DNA from: Escherichia coli
Lineage (GTDB): Bacteria; Pseudomonadota; Gammaproteobacteria; Enterobacterales; Enterobacteriaceae
NCBI RefSeq assembly: GCF_011045215.1
Contig: NZ_CP049201.1
DNA: 64,000 bases
Direction: 5' to 3' (one strand)
Shown: positions 21,767-31,451 of the stretch, piece after piece
How positions within the stretch are numbered: position 1 is the first letter of the stretch
Layout: the number at the start of each line of letters is the position of its first letter
The notes under the pieces: generated by a model
The model's database searches: none
What the model saw: the letters and a program-made list of their open reading frames with translations, nothing else
What the model was told of the DNA's origin: nothing
Program-made: the position numbers and the translations under genes

Positions 21767-21939
21767 AGTCTGTAATAAATTATCATGGGTACAGACAGCA
21801 CAAGTCTGTACCTTCTTATTTTAATCCTACTGGTAATGATATATAAAAATTATGTGCTTTTGATAGCGGTCATGTGGTTTTGCTATAGTAAGCATTGCAG
21901 GATAGGAATATCCTAAACTTTCATTCTCTGCCCTTTGTT

Positions 21940-22245
21940 TTATTTAAGATAACTGAAAAATACAGGGTTTAAACGATACTGGTATTTGAACTCAGTAGGT
22001 ATAATAACATTCGTATCAATCAGTTCATCGATGGCCCGATAAAATCGGGCTGGCGTAATATGTATATCTTCCTGCTGTGCGATGGATGTTGCACGGTGAA
22101 AGTTCAGGTAAACAGTGTTTTTATCTGGTGTGTATGAAGCGATTAATGTGAGAAGCCAAAACACATAGTGAGCAGTATTGTTCAGATTGCGTTGTTCATC
22201 TGATAATTTATTCTGGTAAAGGTAAGCAGGGAGTCTTTGCTTCAT
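21940..22245 (-). CDS. Hypothetical small protein (101 aa)
   Basis: ORF immediately downstream of the wHTH gene on the same strand; no recognised domain. Confidence 0.4.
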   Translation of the reverse strand: MKQRLPAYLYQNKLSDEQRNLNNTAHYVFWLLTLIASYTPDKNTVYLNFHRATSIAQQEDIHITPARFYRAIDELIDTNVIIPTEFKYQYRLNPVFFSYLK

Positions 22246-22314
22246 AAAGATATCCTTTGTTTTATTAAGTTTTTCGCTGGTGTGGGGCGTAAAATCACCG
22301 CGCTGTTATGTCTT

Positions 22315-22878
22315 TTAAAAGGGAATGCCGTCAGTTGGATATCTGTTTCTGGATTTTTTTACAGGCTTTGTTTTGCGCCCTGCGCGATAAAAGTTGAATG
22401 AAGTGGCAAAATCTTCAGTCTCAAGTCTGGATTTACTGAATTTATCCATCAGATCTTCATTGAAACGATGAGGAATACCTTTTACGCATAAATTAGAATT
22501 CAGGTAAACCTGACCGTCTTCAGCGTTACGGATCAGTATTTTCCTCTCAAATAATTCTCTGAATGCACGTGAAACATTCGATTTATTCAGTCCTAACTCT
22601 CTGGCAGTACGTGACTGTGAAAAGTCAGGGATAATATTTCCATAATCAATGACTGAGAAAAGATAAAGAACAATTCTGAATGCCGTTGGTGTCAGATCCA
22701 TTCGGGCGAGTGTGGCCGTATTATCTTTAAAGACCATCGAAAAATCGTCACGAAAGGATGTCTTTTTACAGGCACTTGCTTTAACTTTTATTTCTTCCAG
22801 ATCTTCGGGCATAACATCTAATGCTTCTGCAATGATTGCTTTTTGTTCTTTAGTTAACATAACACTTGTGTTTGACAT
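22315..22878 (-). CDS. Winged-HTH protein, replication-initiator-like or regulator
   Basis: 187-aa ORF with probable HTH (TARELGLNKSNVSRAFRELFERKIL); lies next to a direct/inverted-repeat-rich noncoding region (23.3-23.7 kb). Confidence 0.55.
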   Translation of the reverse strand: MSNTSVMLTKEQKAIIAEALDVMPEDLEEIKVKASACKKTSFRDDFSMVFKDNTATLARMDLTPTAFRIVLYLFSVIDYGNIIPDFSQSRTARELGLNKSNVSRAFRELFERKILIRNAEDGQVYLNSNLCVKGIPHRFNEDLMDKFSKSRLETEDFATSFNFYRAGRKTKPVKKSRNRYPTDGIPF

Positions 22879-23341
22879 AATGGCTCCTTTTTTATTATTG
22901 TGATAACAGATATGGCATATTAAATTTGTTTGTCAATATTATTAGTAATAAAAATTTTAAAATATTATATTTATTGCTCTGTGATTATTTTTTTAGTGAA
23001 ATATTAAGGGTTGTCAGAGTTATTACGAAGGGTGCTAAATTTCACCATCACCCGTTATGTCATTAATAATTTTTGGTTCTGAAAGATACAACCAATATTC
23101 TATCTTAACTTGTTGATGTAATTGATTAATTTTCTTTTTGTATTTGCAAGATAAAAGAGTGATAAAGAAACAAGAAACCGAAATTTAGCTTTAGACTGAC
23201 ACAAAATTCCATTGTACACAGTTTGATAAACACTGCTATTGCTGATTTTCCTTCGTAATATTATTCCTTAAGTGAAGCCTGCGCACCTGTATGTTGCGCC
23301 ACTGGGCTTCAGAACATTGCTATAGTGTTTAACTGTCAGTA

Positions 23342-23439
23342 GAAATACGCTTCGCGCAGGAGTTCAGACAGTTGGGTTTAGCTCTCAGCACAAATACGCT
23401 TCGCGCAGAGATTCAGACTGCTGAGTTTAGCGAAAGAGT
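23342..23439. repeat. Two tandem ~49-bp direct repeats (AAATACGCTTCGCGCAG.AG.TTCAGAC.G.TG.GTTTAGC)
   Basis: Read directly: 23342-23390 and 23391-23439 are near-identical; followed by nested inverted repeats (GGCTCACGCCGG at 23475-23486 vs GGCGTGAGCC near 23618-23630). Confidence 0.7.
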
Positions 23440-24151
23440 GGACCCGACTACATGATTTACCCGTTAACTTAATACGGCTCACGCCGGAACCCCTTCGGAA
23501 AAATCCTTTCTGCTTCAGCGAGTGAGTGCTGTGGGCACTCAGCGGCGCTGCAAGAGGGATTAAACGTTGGGTTTTCATCTGACGGGTAAAAATAATCTAC
23601 ATATATCTGTCGTCGGGGGCGTGAGCCGGTGCGTAGCACTCTCTCAGAAAAATTCCTGAAGGGGTTTTATCTGAAATCTGGAAACTACCTGGCTTTTGAA
23701 AAAAGGAAGTGGTAATGCAATCGATCGGACTCAACATTGCAACAGCGTAAGCTGTTTCCAGTATTAAAAGAATAAATAGTTGTCATTTTAAAATAAAATA
23801 TTTTCAATTTTGTATTGATTTAAATTTTAAAGCTGATAGTACTTAATTATAAAAACAAAAAAGGAGAGGGTTATGAGTAATATTTTTGTTTCTTCTCAGG
23901 AAGAAAAGTTTATATTTGTTGTTGATAAATATATAACACAGCATCGCGACAGTGTTAATAACAATATTTTTTACAGAAAACTTTATGTGCTTTTCGCTGG
24001 ATACCATCTGAAGTATTTTTATTCACGGGCGCAATATCGCAATTCGTGTTATTGCGTATTCCGCTCTATTCGATCACGGATTGGCATCGAAGTTCGATCA
24101 GCGATTCGCATCCATTCGATCAACCGGGAACTTAACTTTTTCTACCGCTTT

Positions 24152-24907
24152 TTAACTCGTTTTTTCGCTGCTTTCCACTGTCGGGGGATTTTTCCTCAGG
24201 GACTCTCCCTGAAGGACCACTCTGTGTGAGTTATGTACCAGTCTGTCCAGGATGGCATCTGCTGTTGTTGGGTTCTCCATCAGACCATGCCATTTATCTA
24301 CCGGGAACTGGCTTACCACTATCGTGCTGCTTTGTCCGTAACGATCCTCTGTGATCTCCAGAAGGTCATTACACTGGGCGTTACTTAACTGTTCCAGCCC
24401 CAGATCGTCCAGGATTAGAACCTGTATTTTTTGCAACTGTTTCAGATATTTCAGCCAACTGCCATCAACACGTCCCTGAGCCAACTGTTCCAGTAATCGC
24501 CCGGTTCTACAGTACCGGACGCTGTATTTCTGTCGACATGCCTGTTCGCCCAGCGCATTGGCTATCCAGCTCTTACCGCATCCTGTCGGACCGGTTATCA
24601 GTAGGTTTTTCCTGTGGATTATGTAGTGGCCGTTCAGCAGTTCCCTCATCTGTTCAGCCCGCAGACCTCTTGAGGCCGGATAACGCAGCCCTTCCGGTGT
24701 TGCCTGATATTTCAGGCAGGCATTTTTTCTCAACCGTGCCACACGACTGTTTTCTCTGCTCAGAAGCTCGTCATCAACCAGCAGTGTCAGCCTTTCCTCG
24801 AACGACAGTTCGTCGTAAGTCTGAGGCGTTTCCCGTTGCCGTATCAGGCTCCCGGCCATCGCCGGGAGTTTCAGTTGGGTCAGTTTGTTTAACAGATTAT
24901 CACTCAT
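24152..24907 (-). CDS. istB: IS21-family helper ATPase IstB
   Basis: ORF 24152-25150; likely start MSDNLLNKL (24907); Walker A GPTGCGKS and typical IstB layout; overlaps the end of istA. Confidence 0.85.
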   Translation of the reverse strand: MSDNLLNKLTQLKLPAMAGSLIRQRETPQTYDELSFEERLTLLVDDELLSRENSRVARLRKNACLKYQATPEGLRYPASRGLRAEQMRELLNGHYIIHRKNLLITGPTGCGKSWIANALGEQACRQKYSVRYCRTGRLLEQLAQGRVDGSWLKYLKQLQKIQVLILDDLGLEQLSNAQCNDLLEITEDRYGQSSTIVVSQFPVDKWHGLMENPTTADAILDRLVHNSHRVVLQGESLRKNPPTVESSEKTS

Positions 24908-24923
24908 ACGGTTGTTCCTTCTG

Positions 24924-26489
24924 TCAGTGGTAGTAGCCAGGACCACGCAGGTTTTCATGCTCTGAAGCATATGCCGGATGTTGTTCGCCCTGGCGGGATA
25001 ACGGAAGCTCAACGTTATCCCGATGATGACGCAGCAGATTGTCGATAAAGCGTCTGTCCGGGGCGTTATAGTGCAGGGCAACGTAACAGGCCTTTTCCAG
25101 CCGTTCCGGGCCGTATTTTTTCTGAAGTGCCAGCAGACCCAGGACTGCACGGTAAGCCAGCTCCGGATGGGGTTTGGCTTTCAGCATGGATTCAACCACC
25201 CGGCCTGTGGACGGACCTGTACGGTTTCCCTGCTCGATAAGGCGTTCCGGTGTCCATGTCCCATGCCGCCGGTGGCGTTCTGGCATGTGAAGCGGATTGG
25301 TTGTGTGTTTATATTCATGTGTGCTGCGCGGATGTTGCGCCACACACTGCCCCTTGTGCCAGAGCTGTACCACCGACTGCCCCACCTTCAGTGACAGACG
25401 CTGACCGACCAGTTCGTGTGGAACGGAGTACCAGTGACGGGCATATTCAACGTGGTAGTCAGGGCCAACCTTCACGGCTTTGTATTCCGTGTATTCATAA
25501 GGCTCCAGAGGCAGCGGAGAGAGTGCTGGTGCATCCAGCATGCGGAAGCGTTCTGCGCGGGTTTGATTACCGTATCCCTTCATTGGTCGGTTATTCATGT
25601 CCGTCAGCAACTCCCGAAGGCGTGCATTCAGCGCCCTGAGCGTGTGGAAGGTTTCATTACGGATGCGGGCAAGAAGCCATCGCTCGACGATGAGGACGCC
25701 GTTTTCTGCTTTTGGTTTATCTTTAGGTTTGCGCGGGCGGGCCGGGATAATAACCGTGCCATAGTGCTCAGCCAGCGCCTGATAACTGTCGTTGATGACA
25801 GGCTCATAGCGATCGGCTTTTTTCACTGCGCTTCTGAGGTTATCGGGGATGAGCAGCTTCGGTACGCCGCCCAGGAAGGTCAGGCAACGGCTGTGGGCAT
25901 TTAACCATGACATCATGTCCTGACCTTCGCACGCTTCAACATAGGTATAGTTGGACGCCCCCATTACAGCCACGAAGATTGCCACGCGGCGTATCTCTCC
26001 GGTGTCCGGATTAATAACAGGGACCGTAGGACCACAGAAGTCGATAAAGAGCTTTTCGCCAGCACGATGCTCCTGTCGCATGGAGAGGCGTCGCGTTTTT
26101 TTCCACTTCCGGTAGCAACGGCAGAAGTGTGAGTATCCCATCGCTTTGTCACCCGCCTGTGCCTTGTATTCCATCCACAACAGTTGGCGCGTCACGCCAG
26201 GTTTTCTCATTTCCGTATCGAAGTACAGCATGTCAGGCATAACAAGCTCTGACGCAGAGGTGTCTTTGGGCGGGAAAATGAGTTTCTCCAGCGTGTCATG
26301 GGATATATCAGCAGGTAATGGCCATGACAGAGAAGAGGCTTTGAAGCGGGCAAGAACCTCAAAAACGGTTGAGGCGCTGATGTGTAACGTCAGTCCGATA
26401 CAACGGTTAGTCAGCTTCTTATCGAACTTGAGCTGAAGGATCTTAAAACAAGTTTCCATAGTGCTCCTGGATTTTCTCTTTTTGGACAT
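24924..26489 (-). CDS. istA: IS21-family transposase IstA
   Basis: ORF 24924-26591; likely start MSKKRKS (26489); N-terminal HTH followed by integrase-like catalytic core; paired with istB. Confidence 0.8.
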   Translation of the reverse strand: MSKKRKSRSTMETCFKILQLKFDKKLTNRCIGLTLHISASTVFEVLARFKASSLSWPLPADISHDTLEKLIFPPKDTSASELVMPDMLYFDTEMRKPGVTRQLLWMEYKAQAGDKAMGYSHFCRCYRKWKKTRRLSMRQEHRAGEKLFIDFCGPTVPVINPDTGEIRRVAIFVAVMGASNYTYVEACEGQDMMSWLNAHSRCLTFLGGVPKLLIPDNLRSAVKKADRYEPVINDSYQALAEHYGTVIIPARPRKPKDKPKAENGVLIVERWLLARIRNETFHTLRALNARLRELLTDMNNRPMKGYGNQTRAERFRMLDAPALSPLPLEPYEYTEYKAVKVGPDYHVEYARHWYSVPHELVGQRLSLKVGQSVVQLWHKGQCVAQHPRSTHEYKHTTNPLHMPERHRRHGTWTPERLIEQGNRTGPSTGRVVESMLKAKPHPELAYRAVLGLLALQKKYGPERLEKACYVALHYNAPDRRFIDNLLRHHRDNVELPLSRQGEQHPAYASEHENLRGPGYYH

Positions 26490-26625
26490 TGACGTCTCCA
26501 CTGGTTTAAACACGGCAATGGAGACTGTGGTGAAAAGAGTTAATTCCCGGAGTGACTGGCGAATTCCAATCAATGATCGGAAGTATGCCAAATCGTGATC
26601 GATTGTGATGCCAACATATCCTTAC

Positions 26626-28100
26626 CCATAAATCCGAGTGATGTTATTCTGTTGATAAATTAACCATAATTTAGAGGAACTATGGAAAACTGGGTTATTA
26701 AGGAGCTGGAATCTCTGAATGTTGGTGATATCAGGCTCGAAAAGCGAATAAAGCACGTTCTCAGTGTGCTTAGCCGTTCACCAAAGGAAAGTATTCCCGT
26801 ATCCTGCCGTACCTGGAGTGAGACAAAAGCTGCTTATCGTTGCTTTTCCAGTGATAAAATTTCAGCCGATAAAATCATGGCTCCCCATAAGAAAAATATC
26901 ATCGAAAGGACTAAACAGTTTAAACGGGCTCTGGTTTTACAGGATACGACTGAACTAAATTATTCTGGTCAAAAAAAGAAACAGGGCGTCGGTCCCAGAC
27001 GACATGAAAATGAGCGAGATTTGTTTATTCACCCTCAATTGGTTATAAGTGATTCAGGTATTTGCTTAGGGGTTTATGATGATTATCAATGGTTCAGAAA
27101 AGAACTCAAAACTCAGAAACAAAGTCGTAAAGAAATAACTAATGATTCACTTCACAGGAAACATATCAGTGAGAAAGAAACAGGACGGTGGATAGAAGGA
27201 TATAAAAAAGCAACAGAACTGGCTAGGTCCTGTCCTGATACCCAGATAATTTCTGTTTCAGACCGTGAAGGTGATATTTACGACCTCTTTGAGAGTGCAG
27301 AAAATGAAAGTGGGATAAAGGCTGACTGGCTCGTAAGAATGAAGAGCATTAACCGGGCTATACTGAATTCATCAGGAAAAAGAGACTCATTACTCCTGAA
27401 TGAAAAAATGATGCAGATTTTGCCACAGCAGATAATTGAGTTTACCCTTCCGGAAGGACGAGGACAACCTTCCCGCAAAGTCCAGCAGGAGCTACGCTTA
27501 GCAAGGTTGACGCTACATCCACCCACCGGTCGAAGAGGAAAGTTACGTTGTTCTCCGGTAACGGTAACTGTATTACTTGCAAAGGAAATAAATGCTCCAG
27601 AAAGTGTCCAGCCATTAGTATGGTGGCTAATGAGTAGTGTACCTCCAGAAAAGCTGACGGAACCCGCACAGCTTATTCAATGGTATTTATTACGCTGGCA
27701 GATTGAAGTTTTCTTTAAGGTATTAAAAAGCGGATGTCAGGTTGAGAAATTACAACTTGAGACATTTGAACGCACAAGGAACTGTCTGGCCTTATACCTT
27801 ATAATCTCATGGAGAATACTTTATCTTAGCTCATTGTATAAAATGGTTCCGGAGGAACCCTGTGATTTAATTTTCGAAAAGAAAGAATATGAGTATCTCT
27901 GGATATTGGTAGAGAATACGCCTCCACCTGAAAACATACCGAATATAAGAACGGCGGTTTTAATGCTTGCAAGATTAGGAGGATATCTGGCAAGAAAAAA
28001 TGATTCGCCTCCAGGCCCTAAGACTATATGGTCAGGATTAACACAATTAATGCTGTCAATTAATGCCATAGAAATAGCCCAGAAAACTTGTGGGTAAGGG
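26626..28100 (+). mobile_element. IS4-family insertion sequence nested in the IS21-family left end
   Basis: Single transposase ORF flanked by imperfect terminal inverted repeats (CCTTACCCATAA... / ...TTGTGGGTAAGG); both flanks carry IS21-type repeat motifs; boundaries approximate. Confidence 0.6.
26682..28097 (+). CDS. IS4-family DDE transposase
   Basis: 471-aa ORF containing the IS4 Y-x2-R-x3-E-x6-K signature (YLLRWQIEVFFKVLK). Confidence 0.85.
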   Translation: MENWVIKELESLNVGDIRLEKRIKHVLSVLSRSPKESIPVSCRTWSETKAAYRCFSSDKISADKIMAPHKKNIIERTKQFKRALVLQDTTELNYSGQKKKQGVGPRRHENERDLFIHPQLVISDSGICLGVYDDYQWFRKELKTQKQSRKEITNDSLHRKHISEKETGRWIEGYKKATELARSCPDTQIISVSDREGDIYDLFESAENESGIKADWLVRMKSINRAILNSSGKRDSLLLNEKMMQILPQQIIEFTLPEGRGQPSRKVQQELRLARLTLHPPTGRRGKLRCSPVTVTVLLAKEINAPESVQPLVWWLMSSVPPEKLTEPAQLIQWYLLRWQIEVFFKVLKSGCQVEKLQLETFERTRNCLALYLIISWRILYLSSLYKMVPEEPCDLIFEKKEYEYLWILVENTPPPENIPNIRTAVLMLARLGGYLARKNDSPPGPKTIWSGLTQLMLSINAIEIAQKTCG

Positions 28101-28195
28101 TATGTGATGCCAAACTGTGATCGGAGATGGATGCCAAATCATGATCGATTCGAATGCCAAACTGCGATCGATTCAGATGCCATTTTGCAGTTATC
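28100..28195. repeat. Displaced IS21-family subterminal repeat block (3-4 copies of ATGCCAAA..TGATCGATT)
   Basis: Read directly: GTGATGCCAAACTGTGATCGG, GGATGCCAAATCATGATCGATT, CGAATGCCAAACTGCGATCGATT, CAGATGCCA. Confidence 0.6.
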
Positions 28196-28576
28196 ACGTT
28201 GATAATATCATGCAGATGTTTATGGGTGTCGTTTCTACCCTGAAGGCCCCTCTGCTCAGGCAACTCGCAAACAGTGACACATTACTGCATTGCCTGAATT
28301 CGCTCGTGAATTATATTTCAGGCAATCTGGATGAAGCAGAGCACATTTATGCTGATTTACTGGCACAGTATGAAAAGAAACGCATTGCACGTTCTCTGGC
28401 TTATACACCACCAGGATCCGTGGTCAGGAAAAGGCTGTGAGGCAGCGGATACGTACTGGACAGGGGATGGCAGAGTGACATAAAAGCAGTCGTTTCCCGC
28501 AAGACATTACCGGGCATTAAAAAGGCAGGAGCCACCGGTCTGGTGTCCTGCCTGGCGGGATTGTTTTACTGTGGTC

Positions 28577-28897
28577 TTACTTATCAATGACCTGCCAGCC
28601 ATCATCCGTTTTGATCAGCCTGACAGCCGCTGTGCGTTTTTCGTTATCGACAACAGCTGTTACATTGCATTTATAGCTTTTATCCGATAGTTTTTCGCAG
28701 TCATGCTTTTTGACAGATTTTAATTCCCGCAGTGCGTCTTTCGGGACATCTTTACCTGCTATGGATTTAACGATGGCATTCGTCTGCTCCATGACCTTAT
28801 TCATCGCAGTGTAAATATCCTGCTCAGACGGTTCACCGGTACAGCCACTCAGCAAAAAAATGGACGCAATGAGTGTGGTAAATGCATATGTTTTCAT
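28577..28897 (-). CDS. Small lipoprotein (106 aa)
   Basis: N-terminal signal peptide with lipobox LLSGC (MKTYAFTTLIASIFLLSGCTG). Confidence 0.6.
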   Translation of the reverse strand: MKTYAFTTLIASIFLLSGCTGEPSEQDIYTAMNKVMEQTNAIVKSIAGKDVPKDALRELKSVKKHDCEKLSDKSYKCNVTAVVDNEKRTAAVRLIKTDDGWQVIDK

Positions 28898-28923
28898 AAA
28901 ATAATCCCAGACTGTAGAGTACG

Positions 28924-29322
28924 TTATTGAATAAGGCCGGTTTTCATCTTGCTGTTGTTTTCAGAGATCGTCCACTTACTGACCGTTTCGCCTTTAAATT
29001 CGATTTCCAGCGTTTTGGCCTGCGTCTGTGAACCGCCTGTCAGCAACCCGACCACTGGAATGAATGTGGTGGCATCAAACTGATTGTTATCCATCGAATA
29101 AGTCCATTCTTCATTGCCACTATCAAGTGTAGTTTTGGTTTCGGGCTCACCTAATGCGGTAATGATTTCTGATTTCGTTGTTTTATTTTTTATAATTTTC
29201 GACTGCAGACTTTGTGCTGTTTCTTTTTTTAGATGCTGGTTGCCTGATGTTGAACAACCAGAAATAAGGAAAGCAGAAATAAAAAACACAGAAATCATGA
29301 ATCTGTTCATAAGTTCTCTCAT
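28924..29322 (-). CDS. Small lipoprotein (132 aa)
   Basis: Signal peptide with lipobox LISGC (MISVFFISAFLISGCSTSG); alternative start MNRFMIS possible. Confidence 0.6.
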   Translation of the reverse strand: MRELMNRFMISVFFISAFLISGCSTSGNQHLKKETAQSLQSKIIKNKTTKSEIITALGEPETKTTLDSGNEEWTYSMDNNQFDATTFIPVVGLLTGGSQTQAKTLEIEFKGETVSKWTISENNSKMKTGLIQ

Positions 29323-29359
29323 ATTAATTTTTTATGTTTGCGGTGGTATGAAATTAATA

Positions 29360-29635
29360 TCACCGTATAAAAACAACTCTGTCTGCATATTTCTTTTTAA
29401 TAATGCAGATAAGAATAATGACGCTGGCAAAAAACGTAATGACTGAGACAGGAGTGCTGCCGGTCAATGAAAATACTAACCAGGCGAGAGCTAATGCCAC
29501 GAATTGAAACAGGAATGCCACACTGAGCGGACTCTCACCGTAGGCGACTTTTGCATGGCAGCCTTTGCAAATCCGCACGCCGTGCGGGCTTTGTGTAAAG
29601 CAGAAGGGGCAGCTAATCGTTTTATTATCCATCAT
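29360..29635 (-). CDS. Zinc-ribbon membrane protein (91 aa)
   Basis: N-terminal CPFC...CKGC four-cysteine motif followed by two hydrophobic segments. Confidence 0.5.
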   Translation of the reverse strand: MMDNKTISCPFCFTQSPHGVRICKGCHAKVAYGESPLSVAFLFQFVALALAWLVFSLTGSTPVSVITFFASVIILICIIKKKYADRVVFIR

Positions 29636-29820
29636 GACTCCGTGGCCTGATTTAAGGTGATGTATTTTTGAACATTTTCGATGAATGATCCGCTTTAGTA
29701 AAATTGCTTGTACCGATCGATGGATCTCTGTTGATAGGTTATAACTATCATAACAAGATTATCGATCTATATAAACGATCAATATTTTATTGACTATCAC
29801 TAAAATATGGATTAGTTAAC

Positions 29821-31050
29821 TTATGGTGCAGGATAGGGGTTATTTTTAACTAATTGTTCTTTAATGGGATTTGTTGTCATGGAATGACAGGGTGTCAGAA
29901 GATGCAGGTGCAGGATTTGGTGGAAAGGATGTGCAGTGGCATGTAACAGAGACATGCCCCTGCGCCTGAGAAGTGCCACAATATGGCCGAGCAATACAAA
30001 CCACGAATGCAGACGACGCTGGCGGGGTATCTGACGAGCTGTATTGTGCAGTTTGCTCCTGAGTTGAATGACACCCACTGTTTCCTGTTGTCTTTCCAGA
30101 CGAATTTTTTCTTCAAGCTGAAGGATTTTCTCCAGAATCGTTTCCCGGTTTGCAGCCTGTTCTTCAGGCTCGCATGATGGCACTGGCACTGGCACTGGCA
30201 CTGGCACTGGCACTGGCACTGGCACTGGCACAGTCTGCTGTTGCTCTTTTTTCAGTAAAGCCAGGTGCTCTGGTGTAAAATCAATCTGTGTTTGCAGAGA
30301 AGACCAGCCATACTTTTTTCCAAGCTGAGACGCTTTAAAGGCAATGCCCTGGTACTGAAATGAAAAGCCGTTCATTTTTCCCGTTGAGGCGATATTAGGT
30401 TTACAGTTCACGCCTTCCTTTTCCAGCATAGTGATAAAAGTCAGCAAATCAGGGCGGCCGGTTAACGCATTATCAATCAGGCTCTGCAGAGTGGACCTGG
30501 GGCAGGGAGTTGTCGTTCTTTCAGCCATCATCAGCTCGTTGCGGGAAGGCTTTCTTTTCTCCTGACTATGACTACTGATTGCAGATGTGGTTTGAGTGAG
30601 TTTGTGGACTTTCTCCAGCTCGCTGATAATCCGGGTACTGATAAGATTTTCATTTTTCCCAAGGTACAGCTTCCCACCGACCATGTTAATTCTGTTAGCT
30701 ATTATATGGATATGCTGCCCGTCCGAATCATCGTGCATGATATAGCAGCGAAGATGGGTTTCAGTGAATCCCATCCGGGTCATATAATCGTCAGCGAATG
30801 CCGCCCATTGTCTGACTGACAGTGTTTCTCCCTTTGGCAGGCGAAGCGAATTATGCCAGACAGGTTTGGCGACACCGGGGCGCAGTAGTCTTGTGCCTTC
30901 AAATTCACTGATAAGTTCAGCAGCAGTGCTTCCCGTCATGTTGCCACCGATAATATAAGGCGTGATTTTGTGGTGAGATCCTGACTTAAGGCTATAGAGA
31001 ACAACACCTGCGAACTGTTTACCCCGCTTTATTTTCTGCATACCTTTCAT
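29821..31050 (-). CDS. Mobilization relaxase (MobA/MobL-like) with internal (VP)n linker; C-terminal tail of doubtful authenticity
   Basis: Three-histidine relaxase-type motif HDDSDGQHIHIIANR; start overlaps the mobC-like stop (ATGA at 31047-31050); low-complexity tail after the VP repeat. Confidence 0.65.
   Translation of the reverse strand: MKGMQKIKRGKQFAGVVLYSLKSGSHHKITPYIIGGNMTGSTAAELISEFEGTRLLRPGVAKPVWHNSLRLPKGETLSVRQWAAFADDYMTRMGFTETHLRCYIMHDDSDGQHIHIIANRINMVGGKLYLGKNENLISTRIISELEKVHKLTQTTSAISSHSQEKRKPSRNELMMAERTTTPCPRSTLQSLIDNALTGRPDLLTFITMLEKEGVNCKPNIASTGKMNGFSFQYQGIAFKASQLGKKYGWSSLQTQIDFTPEHLALLKKEQQQTVPVPVPVPVPVPVPVPVPSCEPEEQAANRETILEKILQLEEKIRLERQQETVGVIQLRSKLHNTARQIPRQRRLHSWFVLLGHIVALLRRRGMSLLHATAHPFHQILHLHLLTPCHSMTTNPIKEQLVKNNPYPAP
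30178..30231. repeat. Perfect hexanucleotide tandem repeat (TGGCAC)x9 inside the relaxase gene
   Basis: Read directly; encodes a run of 8-9 Val-Pro dipeptides on the minus strand. Confidence 0.95.
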
Positions 31051-31451
31051 TGAGTTGGCTCCAGAAAGGTTGATGGAATAAGGTGATCCCTGAGAGTTTT
31101 GATTTGTCTGCGCAGGGCGAAGAGTTCTGTACGGGTCAGTTCGCTGTCAGGGCTTTTGCTGTCGAGATGATTCAGCAGGCGGTTTAAATGCTGTGAAAGG
31201 TTGCCGAGTTTAATCCATGCTTCACGATTGATTTCAGGTAATACCGGTGGGAGTTTGTTGAGGGATGCCATTCTTAGCCATTCCCCTTTTTTATAAGGGC
31301 CTCTTTTACTATCGAGAATAGATAATTCTTCTTCGTTTAACCGAACGCTGACGCAGTGAGTTCGAACTTCATTAGGTGAATATTTTGCTGTATGGAATTT
31401 ACCTCTTCTTGAGCGTCTTGATAGATCTTCTTTACTTTCATTTTTATGCAT
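31047..31451 (-). CDS. MobC-like relaxosome accessory protein
   Basis: 134-aa basic protein immediately upstream of and overlapping the relaxase gene; typical mobC-mobA arrangement. Confidence 0.5.
   Translation of the reverse strand: MHKNESKEDLSRRSRRGKFHTAKYSPNEVRTHCVSVRLNEEELSILDSKRGPYKKGEWLRMASLNKLPPVLPEINREAWIKLGNLSQHLNRLLNHLDSKSPDSELTRTELFALRRQIKTLRDHLIPSTFLEPTQ

Larger units (their letters stand above)
24055..26625 (-). mobile_element. IS21-family insertion sequence (istA-istB) with multi-copy subterminal repeats; left end interrupted by an IS4-family element
   Basis: istA/istB gene pair; motif ATGCCAA..TGATCGA. occurs in direct orientation at 26590-26625 and 28100-28190 and inverted at 24075-24130, as expected for IS21-family terminal repeats; boundaries approximate. 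Confidence 0.65.

Noticed and set aside
23342-23700. Retron msr/msd candidate
   Set aside because: Inverted repeats are present but no reverse-transcriptase gene is adjacent; kept only as a generic structured-region finding.
28117-28440. 107-aa plus-strand ORF just right of the IS4-family element
   Set aside because: Its 5' part overlaps the IS21-type subterminal repeats; a shorter real gene starting near 28210 is possible but unsupported.
30178-30231. Possible CRISPR-like repeat array
   Set aside because: Units are contiguous 6-bp repeats with no spacers and lie inside a coding sequence; this is a microsatellite, not CRISPR.
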